From positions 62,001-126,000 of the forward strand of contig NZ_SBIV01000001.1 of NCBI RefSeq assembly GCF_004765795.1: a stretch of DNA of 64,000 bases, read 5' to 3'. A program made the translations under genes and the position numbers. Under the pieces are notes generated by a model, which saw only the letters and a program-made list of their open reading frames with translations, did not search any database and was not told the origin of the DNA. Position 1 is the stretch's first letter, and each line of letters opens with the position of its first letter. Positions 38,066-47,375 of the stretch are shown here, piece by piece. The stretch is from Halorussus marinus. Its GTDB lineage: Archaea; Halobacteriota; Halobacteria; Halobacteriales; Haladaptataceae.

Positions 38066-39370
38066 ATGACGACCCGCGACGAGGTCGCCGGGTTGCTCGG
38101 CCGTCTCGGCCGGGCCGCCTCGCTGGGCGCGCGCACGGTGTTGCCTCTCGACACGAACCCCGTGCCCGCCGAGTGGACCCACGTAACCAAGGTCGACCCG
38201 GAGCGCGAAAAGCGGCTCCCGGTGTTGTTCCCGTGCTACCTCCAGCACACGAGCGCGGTGTCGGTCGGCGGCTCGGCCGACGTGACCGCCGCGAACACGG
38301 AGGCGACGTTCGACGCGCTGGCGCCCGCCTCGGTGCCGACCTTCCACGAACCCAGCGACCCCCGCCACGTCACCCCGAAGACTCGCGAGCGGGCCGACCT
38401 GCTCGCGATCCCCGAAGTGCTGAACGGCGACTCGGCGTCGCTGATCGGCCGGCTCGGGGCCGGCACCGAGTACATCCGCGAGGAACTGCTCCCCGAGATG
38501 GTGGCCGACAGGCTCCCGCTCGCTCCCGAGTCGGTCGCCGACGCCGTCGCAGACTTCGCGACGTCGTGGCTCCTCGCCGAGGCGGTGTTCGAGGCGTACA
38601 TCATCCAGAACCCCGACAGTGCCGCCGCCCGGGAGGCGAACGTCGGCGAGGACGATCTGCTGGCGGCTCGGGCGGCCAAACGCCGGGCGATGGCGGCCGA
38701 GCGCCACCTCGGGAGCGAACTCGTCTACCTCGAATACTCGGGGACGTACGGCGGCGAGACCGCCGCCGAGGCCCTGTCGGCCATCGACGACGGACTGACG
38801 TGGTCGCGGCTCTGGTACGGCGGCGGCCTCGACTCTCGGGAGCACGCCGCGGCGATGCTCGAAGCCGGCGCCGACGCGGTGGTCGTCGGCGACGTCTTCC
38901 ACCGGATCGCCGACGAGGAGGCGGACCTGTGCGCGGCGGCGACCGACCTCGACGCCGAAGCCACCGCGTCGGCGGCCACCGAGTGGGTCCGAGACCGCCT
39001 GGACGTCGGGGAGTCGGCCGCCGCGTCGTACCTCGCGACGATCCCGTCGGTCGAAGACCCCGAACGGCTCGCCACGCGCTATCTCGGCGCGACAGTGCGG
39101 GTCTCTCTCGGGGTCCGAGCGCTCGCCGACGACCTGCGGGGCGACGTTTCGACGCCGGGGACGATCCGTCGCCGCCTCGCGGACCGCGACGCGCCGTGGC
39201 TCGACGACGCGATCGCCCTCGCGCCCGACGACGACGCGCTCGTCCGCCGAGCGGTCGTCTCGCTGCTCGCCGACGCCACTGGGGTTCCTGCTCCCGACGG
39301 CGTCTCGCCGGCCCAGTTTGCGGTCGCGACGGCACCCGACTCGTCGTCGGGGGCGGACCCGCGACCGTGA
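38066..39370 (+). CDS. GGGP synthase/PcrB-family prenyltransferase with N- and C-terminal extensions
   Basis: WTHVTKVDP, VGGS, EAYIIQNPDS, VYLEYSG, WYGGG, ADAVVVG; about 160-aa extra C-terminus; GGAGGT ribosome-binding site. Confidence 0.85.
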   Translation: MTTRDEVAGLLGRLGRAASLGARTVLPLDTNPVPAEWTHVTKVDPEREKRLPVLFPCYLQHTSAVSVGGSADVTAANTEATFDALAPASVPTFHEPSDPRHVTPKTRERADLLAIPEVLNGDSASLIGRLGAGTEYIREELLPEMVADRLPLAPESVADAVADFATSWLLAEAVFEAYIIQNPDSAAAREANVGEDDLLAARAAKRRAMAAERHLGSELVYLEYSGTYGGETAAEALSAIDDGLTWSRLWYGGGLDSREHAAAMLEAGADAVVVGDVFHRIADEEADLCAAATDLDAEATASAATEWVRDRLDVGESAAASYLATIPSVEDPERLATRYLGATVRVSLGVRALADDLRGDVSTPGTIRRRLADRDAPWLDDAIALAPDDDALVRRAVVSLLADATGVPAPDGVSPAQFAVATAPDSSSGADPRP

Positions 39371-39501
39371 CGGTAACGCGTATCGGCGGGATGGCCTCCG
39401 TCGTTCCCGTCTCGGTAGGGATGGCTTGCCGTCCCACTGGGACGGTGCCGTCGCCGAGTGACGATCGCCACCGGGTCACACGTCGGACTCGAATCGCGGC
39501 G

Positions 39502-39508
39502 TTTAAAA
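39502..39508 (+). promoter_or_regulatory. TATA box of tRNA-Arg(TCG)
   Basis: TTTAAAA 26-32 nt upstream of the tRNA. Confidence 0.7.
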
Positions 39509-39533
39509 CCAGCGAGGCAGTACGATATCTCGC

Positions 39534-39608
39534 GGGCGCTTAGCTCAGTCTGGACAGAGTACTTGGCTTCGGACCAAGCTGTCGCGGGTTCAAATCCTGC
39601 AGCGCCCA
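39534..39608 (+). tRNA. tRNA-Arg (anticodon TCG)
   Basis: Acceptor GGGCGCT/AGCGCCC, anticodon arm CTTGG-CTTCGGA-CCAAG, T arm GGTTCAAATCC. Confidence 0.97.
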
Positions 39609-39804
39609 TCACGCCGCATACCGAACAGAGATCAGTAGCTTTCGACGAAGGTGTTTTACGTGGCTCTCCACTCGATAACGCCTGATGAGTATCCCGATAC
39701 CGCTCGGACGGAACTGACCTGAACCGACAGTCGTCCTCTCGTCGATCGCAGTTCGTTCGCCGACTCTGTCCAGCCACGTCCATCTGGGCCGTCGCGGGAG
39801 GTAC

Positions 39805-40224
39805 TCACCGAACGACGATCACCGGCACCGGAGACTGTCGGAACACTTTCTGGGCGACGTTACCGACGAACAGTCGGTCGGCGACCGATCCGCCGTGGCT
39901 CCCGATCACGACCGCGTCGAAGTCGTCGGCGCGGTTCAGAATCGCCCGAGCCGGCTGTCCCAGTCGAACGTCGGTGGTGATCTCGACGTCGCGGTCGGCG
40001 GCGAGATCCCTCGCGCGGTCGAAGACCTCCTTCGCGCGCTCCTCGGCGGCTTCTTCGAGGTCGTCTTCGACGGCGAGCGCCGTGGCCGTTCCCCCCATCG
40101 GTGACGGTTCGCCAACGACGTGCATGACGGTGATCTCGGCGTCGGGGTGGTTTTCGAGGGCGTATTCGAGCGCTCTCTCGGCCATCTCCGAGTCGTCCAT
40201 CGGAACGAGGATTCGTGAGATCAT
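39805..40224 (-). CDS. Universal stress protein
   Basis: RILVPMDDS, VVIGSHG, GNVAQKVFRQSPVPVIVVR. Confidence 0.95.
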   Translation of the reverse strand: MISRILVPMDDSEMAERALEYALENHPDAEITVMHVVGEPSPMGGTATALAVEDDLEEAAEERAKEVFDRARDLAADRDVEITTDVRLGQPARAILNRADDFDAVVIGSHGGSVADRLFVGNVAQKVFRQSPVPVIVVR

Positions 40225-40490
40225 GTGATGCCTACGGTCAGCGGCCGGATAAAACGGGAGGCCGCCCGCTTCGAGTCGCGGTAGACTCCGTTTTGTCATC
40301 CACCGCATCCGGCCCCGACAACTATCGGAATTTGAATACTTTTGGCGATCGCCCGTCTGAGTCGTACGTGAGTCCTCGGAGTGGTTGGGTCTGCTCTGTC
40401 GACGCCCTCGAACGCGCCACGTTCTGGCGCGGCGGTCGGGACAGGCGAGTCACCGGCACGTACATTCGACACGAACGAGAGTCTCGTCGT

Positions 40491-40633
40491 ATGAGCGACG
40501 AGCAAGATAATCCGGGGACGCTGAACGGGTGGCGGAAGCGATCGACGAAATCGGCGTCGAGCGGCTATCGGACATCCTCACGGACGTCTTTTCTGAAGCG
40601 CTGAAAGCGGAGCGAGCGGACGACCCAGAGTGA
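40491..40633 (+). pseudogene. Frameshifted small acidic protein (about 47 aa)
   Basis: MSDEQDNPG joins DAERVAEAIDEIGVERLSDILTDVFSEALKAERADDPE if one G is added to the G run at 40514-40517. Confidence 0.5.
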
Positions 40634-40742
40634 ACGGGACACCTCGTCCGTAGTGGCCGTCGTGGCGGTCGCGACCTGCTGGCAGTTGGGTTCGAGCCGA
40701 CCAGTCGACATTTTATTCCAGTTGGGCGTCGTACACCCGGCT

Positions 40743-40997
40743 ATGGCGCCCTCCGACGGACTCACCGAGGAGCGGGTTCGCGAGATCGTCCGCGACGAGG
40801 TGATCGACACGGGCCGGAGTCTGGTCGCGACCGCACTCTGGACGGGGCTGTCGGTCGTCGCGCTTCTCGTCGGCCTCCAGTTGTTCCAGCTCGCGCTCTA
40901 CGCGCTGTCGCCGCTCGCGATCGCGGGCTACGTTCTCGGCGGCGCGCTCGTCACCGGATCGAGCCTCTATCTCCTCTACGTTCTCTACCGGACGTAG
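40743..40997 (+). CDS. Small two-TM hypothetical protein
   Basis: ATG at 40743 with TTTTAT about 30 nt upstream; two TM helices. Confidence 0.7.
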   Translation: MAPSDGLTEERVREIVRDEVIDTGRSLVATALWTGLSVVALLVGLQLFQLALYALSPLAIAGYVLGGALVTGSSLYLLYVLYRT

Positions 40998-41076
40998 CGA
41001 ATCGGTCAGATAGGTGGAGGAGTCGGAGAGATGTAGAGTGCTAAAAATATACCCACGTTGTACATTTCTACTCGCT

Positions 41077-41541
41077 ATGGAGTTCGACGGTCCCCTCCGG
41101 AACGGTTCGGCTCGTCGTGATGCTACTCGTCGGGGTCGCCACGATCGGGTACGGGGCGTACAGCTACACCACCCAGTCCTCGGCGCTGGCCTCCGCGGTC
41201 TAGGTGGACGCGACTATCGCTTCGACCGCGGTGACAGAACAGAAAGCGAGCAAGGGGAGTAGATACAGGCCTCGTGTGACGTTCGACTACACCTACGAGG
41301 GAGGGTCGTACACCTCCACGAACGTCTACCCCGGCGAACTTCCGAGGGAGTTCGGAAACGAAGACGAGGCCAGAGCCCAACTGGCCGACGACGGGCCGGG
41401 CGACACCGTCACGGCGTACGTCCCACCGGACTCGCCCGGCGAGGCGTTTCTCAAGCACACGACCACCGGCAAGCCGTTTCTCGCGATCGGGGCGGCGTCC
41501 TGATTCTCCCGGGCGGGCTCTACTCGACGCGCACCGACTAA
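41077..41541 (+). pseudogene. DUF3592-like membrane protein, inactivated
   Basis: YRPRVTFDYTYEG...VTAYVPPDSPGEAFL; frameshift near 41092-41096, in-frame TAG at 41201, second frameshift near 41490. Confidence 0.75.
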
Positions 41542-41605
41542 CGTCGCGGAGGGCCATCCACCGGCTCCTGAAACTCATCGTCCGCCCGATCGGCGATAGC
41601 CGTCA

Positions 41606-42130
41606 CTACCGCAATCTGCGGACGACACTGGGCCGCCGGACCGCGACGCCAGATTGTCGACTCCCCGGACGAGTCGTGAGTCCGGCGACGTCGGAGATCG
41701 AGTCGGCTCCTGTGGTGTCGGTCCGGTTTCGCGAATCGGGCGGGTCGAGCCGATACACGACGACCAGTCCGTCCTCGTCGAACGATCGCACCGAGTAGTT
41801 GCCGAACTGCGCCGGGAACGTGTCGGGTCCCGCCTCCTTGAACCGGACGAACCAGACCGTCGTATCGGTCCGCGTGATCACGTCGAGCTGTTCGGTGTGG
41901 CGCTGTTCGAGACTGCCGCTCGGCGCGATCGGCACGACCCGGACCGACGGGCCGTCGTAGTAGTAGTCGACGAGGTTTCGAGATTCGATCCAGTTTGGCT
42001 GGACCACGATCACGTCGTCCGACGAGACTCGCTTTTCCATCGCATCGATGTCGCCCCGCCAGTCTTCGGTCGTTTCGCCGCTGTAGTGAACCGCCTCGGG
42101 GTCAAGCCCCGAGGCACTCGCCTTGCTCAT
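41606..42130 (-). pseudogene. Probable C-terminal fragment of a membrane glycosyltransferase (GT39/PMT-like)
   Basis: EDWRG...DVIVVQPNW...VDYYY resembles the soluble tail of such proteins; the TM region is absent. Confidence 0.4.
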
Positions 42131-42418
42131 CTGTAGACCAACTCCCGAACGCTCGCGCTTCCGAGAGCGGGGACGGTAATTTGAACTATCGAAAGTGACT
42201 CGATTGGCCGGACCACTTAGACGCCCTTATTAATAGATCCCATATAAAATTGTCGAGTAGTACACCCCGTCACGTCGAGACCACTCGATCGTCGCTCGGC
42301 GTCACTCGCGCTGACGCCGCGAACCGCCGGTGGGCGCGTACAGCCGGGTGCCGAAAGAGTCACTCGTTGGTCCGACGGCGCCGAGTGACGCCACCCGAAC
42401 GAGGAACCTACCGGACGA

Positions 42419-42784
42419 CTACGCTTCGACCGCCCAGTCGAACGCCTCGTCGGGGTCGCTGAACGATCGAACGTCGGCCTGGTTCGCGTCGAGGTTCGCG
42501 TTGATCGCTCTGGACTTGATTCCCGGTGCGACGAGCGCGAGGCGGTCCACGCCGACGTCGTCGGCCGCCTGTGCCCACACTTCGGCGAAGTGCTCTTTGC
42601 TCTCGTCGTCGAGCAGGATTCCGTCGCCGAACTTCGTCACGGCCCCGTGGATATGGGACTGTCCCGCGAGGTCGATCCACTCGGCCTCGAACTCCTCGGA
42701 CTCGTCCGGATCGCCGTCCCAGTCGGTGATGTCCTGAATCAGCACGCCGTTTCGCTCCTCGTGGCTGTAATCTACGTCTCCCAT
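42419..42784 (-). CDS. Small alpha/beta protein (SpoIIAA/STAS-SEC14-like)
   Basis: VDRLALVA...VRSFSDPDEAFDWA C-terminal pattern; divergent from the transducer gene. Confidence 0.7.
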   Translation of the reverse strand: MGDVDYSHEERNGVLIQDITDWDGDPDESEEFEAEWIDLAGQSHIHGAVTKFGDGILLDDESKEHFAEVWAQAADDVGVDRLALVAPGIKSRAINANLDANQADVRSFSDPDEAFDWAVEA

Positions 42785-42889
42785 CACACGGGTGTCGTGC
42801 GCAACTTCAAATAAAAACTCGGGTCCGATTATACCAGGTGATACTTGCACCCAATTCTTATGCGACGCGTTTGCTTCCTACTAAACAGA

Positions 42890-44272
42890 ATGTCAGAGGC
42901 AACAAGCGGTGAGCGTGCGACCTACTTTTTGGACGTGGCGGATCGTGGGGACTCAGACGGGGAAAAGAGCCGCGACCAGTTACGCCGCGAGCGCGACGAG
43001 TGGCGTCACCTCTTCTCGCAACTGCTCGAACAGTTGCCCGAACCGGTGTGCAGCGTCGACACGGACGGCGTGGTTCGCCAGTCCAACGACGCCGCCGACA
43101 CGACGTTTCAGCACGCCACCGAGGACGGTGACGTTCAGACACTGGTCGACGCCACGACTCGCCCAGACGGCGGCCCCGACGAAGGCGACGACAGCGAGAC
43201 GCTCGTCGAGACTGCTCTGGACACCGGGGCGGCGGCGAGGTGCGACGCGGCCCGGAAGGTCTCGGACCCGACGGGCGACCGCTGGGTGCGGCCGGTGGCG
43301 GTCCCGCTGGAGACCCTCGACGGGGAGTCGGTCGGCGCGGTCCAGATCGCCCCGGAGGTCACCGAGCTCGTCGAGAACCGAGACAGGGCCGCCGACGCGG
43401 TGGAACTGATGGTCGACGAGATCCCGTTCCTGGTCGAGCGATTGGAGGAGGACTTCGAGGAGGTCGTCGACCACCTCGAATCGACGGCCGCCACGACCGA
43501 CGAACAGAACGACAAGATGGGCCAGATCAGCGACGAGATCTCGACGCTCAGCGCGAGCGTCGAGGAGGTGGCCGCCACGACCGATCAGGTGGCCTCGACG
43601 AGCCAGGAGACCCGCGACCTCGCCGTCGAGAGCCGGGAGGAGGCAGACGAGGTGATCGACGTCCTGAACACGGTCCGGAACTCGGGCGGGGAGATGGTCG
43701 AGGACGTCGAACGTCTGAACGAGACGGTCGACGAGATCGACTCGGTGCTCGAAGTGATCAACGACATCGCCGACCGAACGAACGTCCTCGCGCTCAACGC
43801 CTCGATCGAGGCCGCGCGTGCGGGGGAGGCCGGCGAGGGCTTTGCGGTCGTCGCCGAGGAGGTGAAGTCGCTCGCCGAGCAGTCCCAGGAACAGGCCGCC
43901 GAGATCGAAGAGTTGATCGCCGACGTCGAAACGAAGGCCGCGAACACGATCGAGGGCGTTACCGAGACCTACAGCGAACTCGAAGAGGGGATCGAAAGCA
44001 CCGAGACCGTGATGGATCGGCTCACGGACATCGTCGACGCGACCGAGAAGACCGCCGACGGCGTCACGGAAGTCTCGAAGGTGACCGAGGATCAGGCTAC
44101 CTCGATCGAGCAGGTCGCGGCGGTGGTCGACGAGCTATCGGAGACGACCGCCAGCCTCGCCTCGGACTCGACGATGATCTACGAGGCGAGCCAGTACCAG
44201 CACGAGGTCATCGACGACATCCAGGCCGAACTGACGAACGCCGCCGAACTGGTCGACGAGACCGACGAGTAA
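42890..44272 (+). CDS. Soluble methyl-accepting chemotaxis transducer with PAS domain
   Basis: [15 protein letters not shown] (PAS); [38 protein letters not shown]; no TM helix. Confidence 0.93.
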   Translation: MSEATSGERATYFLDVADRGDSDGEKSRDQLRRERDEWRHLFSQLLEQLPEPVCSVDTDGVVRQSNDAADTTFQHATEDGDVQTLVDATTRPDGGPDEGDDSETLVETALDTGAAARCDAARKVSDPTGDRWVRPVAVPLETLDGESVGAVQIAPEVTELVENRDRAADAVELMVDEIPFLVERLEEDFEEVVDHLESTAATTDEQNDKMGQISDEISTLSASVEEVAATTDQVASTSQETRDLAVESREEADEVIDVLNTVRNSGGEMVEDVERLNETVDEIDSVLEVINDIADRTNVLALNASIEAARAGEAGEGFAVVAEEVKSLAEQSQEQAAEIEELIADVETKAANTIEGVTETYSELEEGIESTETVMDRLTDIVDATEKTADGVTEVSKVTEDQATSIEQVAAVVDELSETTASLASDSTMIYEASQYQHEVIDDIQAELTNAAELVDETDE

Positions 44273-44465
44273 CCGGTCGAGTTCGCCGTCGATCGGATCT
44301 CGCTGGCGGACGCCCCGTATCTGGGATCCCGAGCGACGTGCCGGACGACTTCTCGTTGCCTCGCGTCGGATTCGCCGCGACGCCTCGGAGTCGCCGACTG
44401 CCGCCACCGAAAGGAATATGTCCGAATGCCTGCCTGTTTCACGAACGATTGAGGATGAGTACCAC

Positions 44466-46061
44466 ATGCCGCGACTGACCGGCGGAGAGGCGGTCGTCGC
44501 ACAGCTCGAGCGGGAGGGCGTCGACGTCGCGTTCGGGATCCCGGGTGTGCACACGCTCGACGTCTACGACCCGCTCCTCGACAGCGACATCGACCACGTC
44601 ACGACCCGCCACGAACAGGGCGCCGGCTTCATGGCCGACGGGTACGCCCGAACGACCGGACGGATCGGGGTCGCGCTGGTCATCACCGGCCCCGGGCTGA
44701 CGAACGCCGCGACGCCGATCGGGCAGGCCTACTCGGACTCCTCGCCGTTGCTCGTCGTCTCCAGCCAGAACGAGACCAACGAGGACGGGCGGGGGAAAGG
44801 CTACCTCCACGAGCTCAAAGACCAGCAGGGCGCGATGGAAAGCATCGCGGCTTACAGCGAGCAGGTGACGCGGGTCGCCGACGTCCCCGAGGCGATCTCG
44901 GACGCTGTCGAGTACCTCCGGACCCGTCGGCCCCGTCCCGTCCACGTCCAGATCCCGACCGACGTGCTGGCCCGCGAAGAACGGGTCGAACTCGCGGCGC
45001 CTGTCGGCGAGCCGTCTCCCGACCCGGTCGACGAGACCCGGCTCGCGGCGGCGGTCGACCGGCTCGCGGAGGCCGACCGGCCGCTACTCGTGGTCGGCGG
45101 CGGCGCGTCCGGTGCGGCCGACGCGGTCCGCCGGCTCGTCGACGCCGCCGGCGTCCCGGTCGTCTCGACGGTCGCGGGCAAGGGCGTCGTCCCGGCCGAC
45201 CACCCGCTCGCGCTCGGGGCGACCACCGGTCGCGAGCCGGTCGCCGAGTTCGTCGAGTCCCGGGACCTCGCGATCGCGATCGGCACCGAACTCAGTCCCC
45301 GGGAGTTCGAGTCGGTCGACCTGCCCGAAACCCTCGTCCAGATCGACATCGACTACCGAACCCTCGGCAAGACCTACCCGACCGAGGTCGGCATCGTCGC
45401 CGACGCGGCGGCGGCGGTCCCCGAGCTCGCCGACCGCGTCGAATCGAGGGGCGTCGAGTTCGGCGACGACCAGCGCGAGGCGGTCGCCGACCTCCGGGCG
45501 CGTATCGAGTTGGGGCCCGACGACCGCGACGGCCGCCACCGGATCCTCGCGGCGCTCCGGGCGGCGCTCGACGACGACGCGGTGGTCGTCAACGACATGA
45601 CGAAGGTGTCGTACGCGGCGTCGAGCGAGTTCCCCGTCCGCGAGCCCGACACCTTTCTGTTCCCCCGGGGGTTCGGGACGCTCGGGTTCGGGCCGCCCGC
45701 GGCGTTCGGCGCGGCGGTCGGCTCGCCCGACACGCAGGTCGTCGGGCTGGTCGGCGACGGCGGGTTCCTGTTCACGGTACAGGCGCTCGCGACCGCAGTC
45801 AAGCACGACCTCGCGGTGCCGATCGTGGTCGTCAACGACGACTGCTACGGCGTCCTCGAAGAGATCCAGGCGCGAGACTACGACGGCCGGATCGTCGGGA
45901 CCGACATCGAGAACCCCGAGTTCGTCCCGCTGGCCCGGGCGTTCGGCGCCGCCGCCGAGCGGGTCGACGCCGACGCGGTCGAGACGGAGTTGCCCGCCGC
46001 GCTGGAGGCGGCGTTCGCGCGCGACCGACCGACGGTCGTCGAGATACCGGTCGACTTCTGA
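44466..46061 (+). CDS. Thiamine diphosphate-dependent enzyme (ALS/AruI-like decarboxylase)
   Basis: FGIPGVHT, RHEQGAGFMADGYAR, GQAYSDS, GFGTLG, GDGG...VND. Confidence 0.92.
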   Translation: MPRLTGGEAVVAQLEREGVDVAFGIPGVHTLDVYDPLLDSDIDHVTTRHEQGAGFMADGYARTTGRIGVALVITGPGLTNAATPIGQAYSDSSPLLVVSSQNETNEDGRGKGYLHELKDQQGAMESIAAYSEQVTRVADVPEAISDAVEYLRTRRPRPVHVQIPTDVLAREERVELAAPVGEPSPDPVDETRLAAAVDRLAEADRPLLVVGGGASGAADAVRRLVDAAGVPVVSTVAGKGVVPADHPLALGATTGREPVAEFVESRDLAIAIGTELSPREFESVDLPETLVQIDIDYRTLGKTYPTEVGIVADAAAAVPELADRVESRGVEFGDDQREAVADLRARIELGPDDRDGRHRILAALRAALDDDAVVVNDMTKVSYAASSEFPVREPDTFLFPRGFGTLGFGPPAAFGAAVGSPDTQVVGLVGDGGFLFTVQALATAVKHDLAVPIVVVNDDCYGVLEEIQARDYDGRIVGTDIENPEFVPLARAFGAAAERVDADAVETELPAALEAAFARDRPTVVEIPVDF

Positions 46062-46070
46062 ACTACACAC

Positions 46071-47294
46071 ATGCAAGACAACGAGCGGACGGGTGCGTTC
46101 GATCACCTGTTCACCGAGACTGTACGAGACGGACTGAACGAAGAGGGGTACGGAAGCTGGCGGTCGATAAAGGCCCCCGGTGCGGTGTCGCTGAGCTTCG
46201 GCTTTCCATTCCCCGAATCGTTCCCCGAGGACCAGCTCGTCGCGGCCGCCGAGGCCGTGTTCGAACAAGAGGGCGAGCGCGCGCTCCAGTACGGCGGCGG
46301 CGAGTACGTCGACCGTCTCACCGAAACGGTCGTCGAGCGCGAGCGCGAGCGAGGCATCGACTGCGACGAGGAGAACGTCCTGTTGACGAACGGCTCGACC
46401 CACGCGATCGACGTGGTCTGTCACACGTTCCTCGAACGCGGCGACGAGGTGTTCGTGGAGGCGCCGACGTTCATGGGCGCGCTCAAGTTGTTCGCGAACT
46501 ACGGCGTCGACGTGACCGGCTTCGAGGCCGACGCCGACGGCCTCGACGTCGACGCGCTCGCGGCGGAGCTAGACGCCCGGCGGGCCGACGGCCGGCCCCT
46601 CCCGAAACTGCTGTACACCATCCCGACCTTCCAGAACCCCGGCGGGACCACCATGTCGCGCCCGCGCCGCGAGCGCCTCCTGGAGCTGGCCGAGGAGTAC
46701 GACTTCGTCGTGCTCGAAGACGACGCCTACGACGACCTGCGGTACCGCGGCGAGCCCGTGGCGCCGCTCGCGGCGCTCGACGACTCCGGCCGGGTGGTCC
46801 GGGTCAACACGTTCTCGAAGACCATCGCGCCCGGGGTCCGGACGGGATGGGTGCTCGCCGACGCGGAACCGCTTGCCGAGATCACCCGGATGCGGGCCGG
46901 CGGGACCAACACGTTCACCCAGAGCGTGCTCGGGCGCTACTGCGCCGAGGGTCGCTTCGAGGCCGACGTCGAGGAGCTCCGGGCGGCCTACGAGCGCCGG
47001 TGTGATCACATGCTCGACCTGCTCGACGAACACATGCCGCCGGGCGCCGAATGGACCGAGCCAAACGGCGGCTTTTTCGTCTGGGTCGAACTCCCCGAGG
47101 GGATCGACGCCGAGGCGCTGCTCCCGACCGCCGCCGACGAGGGGGTCACCTACCTCCCGGGCGAGCAGTTCTTCCCGGACGACGGCGGCGAGAACTGCCT
47201 CCGGCTCTCGTTCAGCCACGTCTCGCTCGACGAGATGGAGCGGGGAATCCGGGCGCTGGCCCGAGCGACCGAGTCGACGCTGGCGGACCACTGA
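46071..47294 (+). CDS. PLP-dependent class I aminotransferase (Aro8/LysN-like)
   Basis: ALQYG, IPTFQNPGG, EDDAY, TFSKTIAPGVRTG, LRLSF. Confidence 0.93.
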   Translation: MQDNERTGAFDHLFTETVRDGLNEEGYGSWRSIKAPGAVSLSFGFPFPESFPEDQLVAAAEAVFEQEGERALQYGGGEYVDRLTETVVERERERGIDCDEENVLLTNGSTHAIDVVCHTFLERGDEVFVEAPTFMGALKLFANYGVDVTGFEADADGLDVDALAAELDARRADGRPLPKLLYTIPTFQNPGGTTMSRPRRERLLELAEEYDFVVLEDDAYDDLRYRGEPVAPLAALDDSGRVVRVNTFSKTIAPGVRTGWVLADAEPLAEITRMRAGGTNTFTQSVLGRYCAEGRFEADVEELRAAYERRCDHMLDLLDEHMPPGAEWTEPNGGFFVWVELPEGIDAEALLPTAADEGVTYLPGEQFFPDDGGENCLRLSFSHVSLDEMERGIRALARATESTLADH

Positions 47295-47375
47295 GTCGGC
47301 GACGGTCCGGGAAAACCGGACGCCTACCGGGGCGACGCATAGATTTATGCCATCCTACGGACACGTACGCCCATC

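Noticed and set aside
39682..39705. Hammerhead ribozyme core (CTGATGA plus hairpin GTAT-CCCG-ATAC)
   Set aside because: The required GAAA after stem II is missing and stems I and III are not evident
39609..39800. Integrase remnant next to tRNA-Arg(TCG)
   Set aside because: No tyrosine-recombinase motif was recognisable in the frames I read
41201..41203. Amber read-through (pyrrolysine) in the DUF3592-like gene
   Set aside because: The same gene has two frameshifts, so ordinary decay is the simpler explanation
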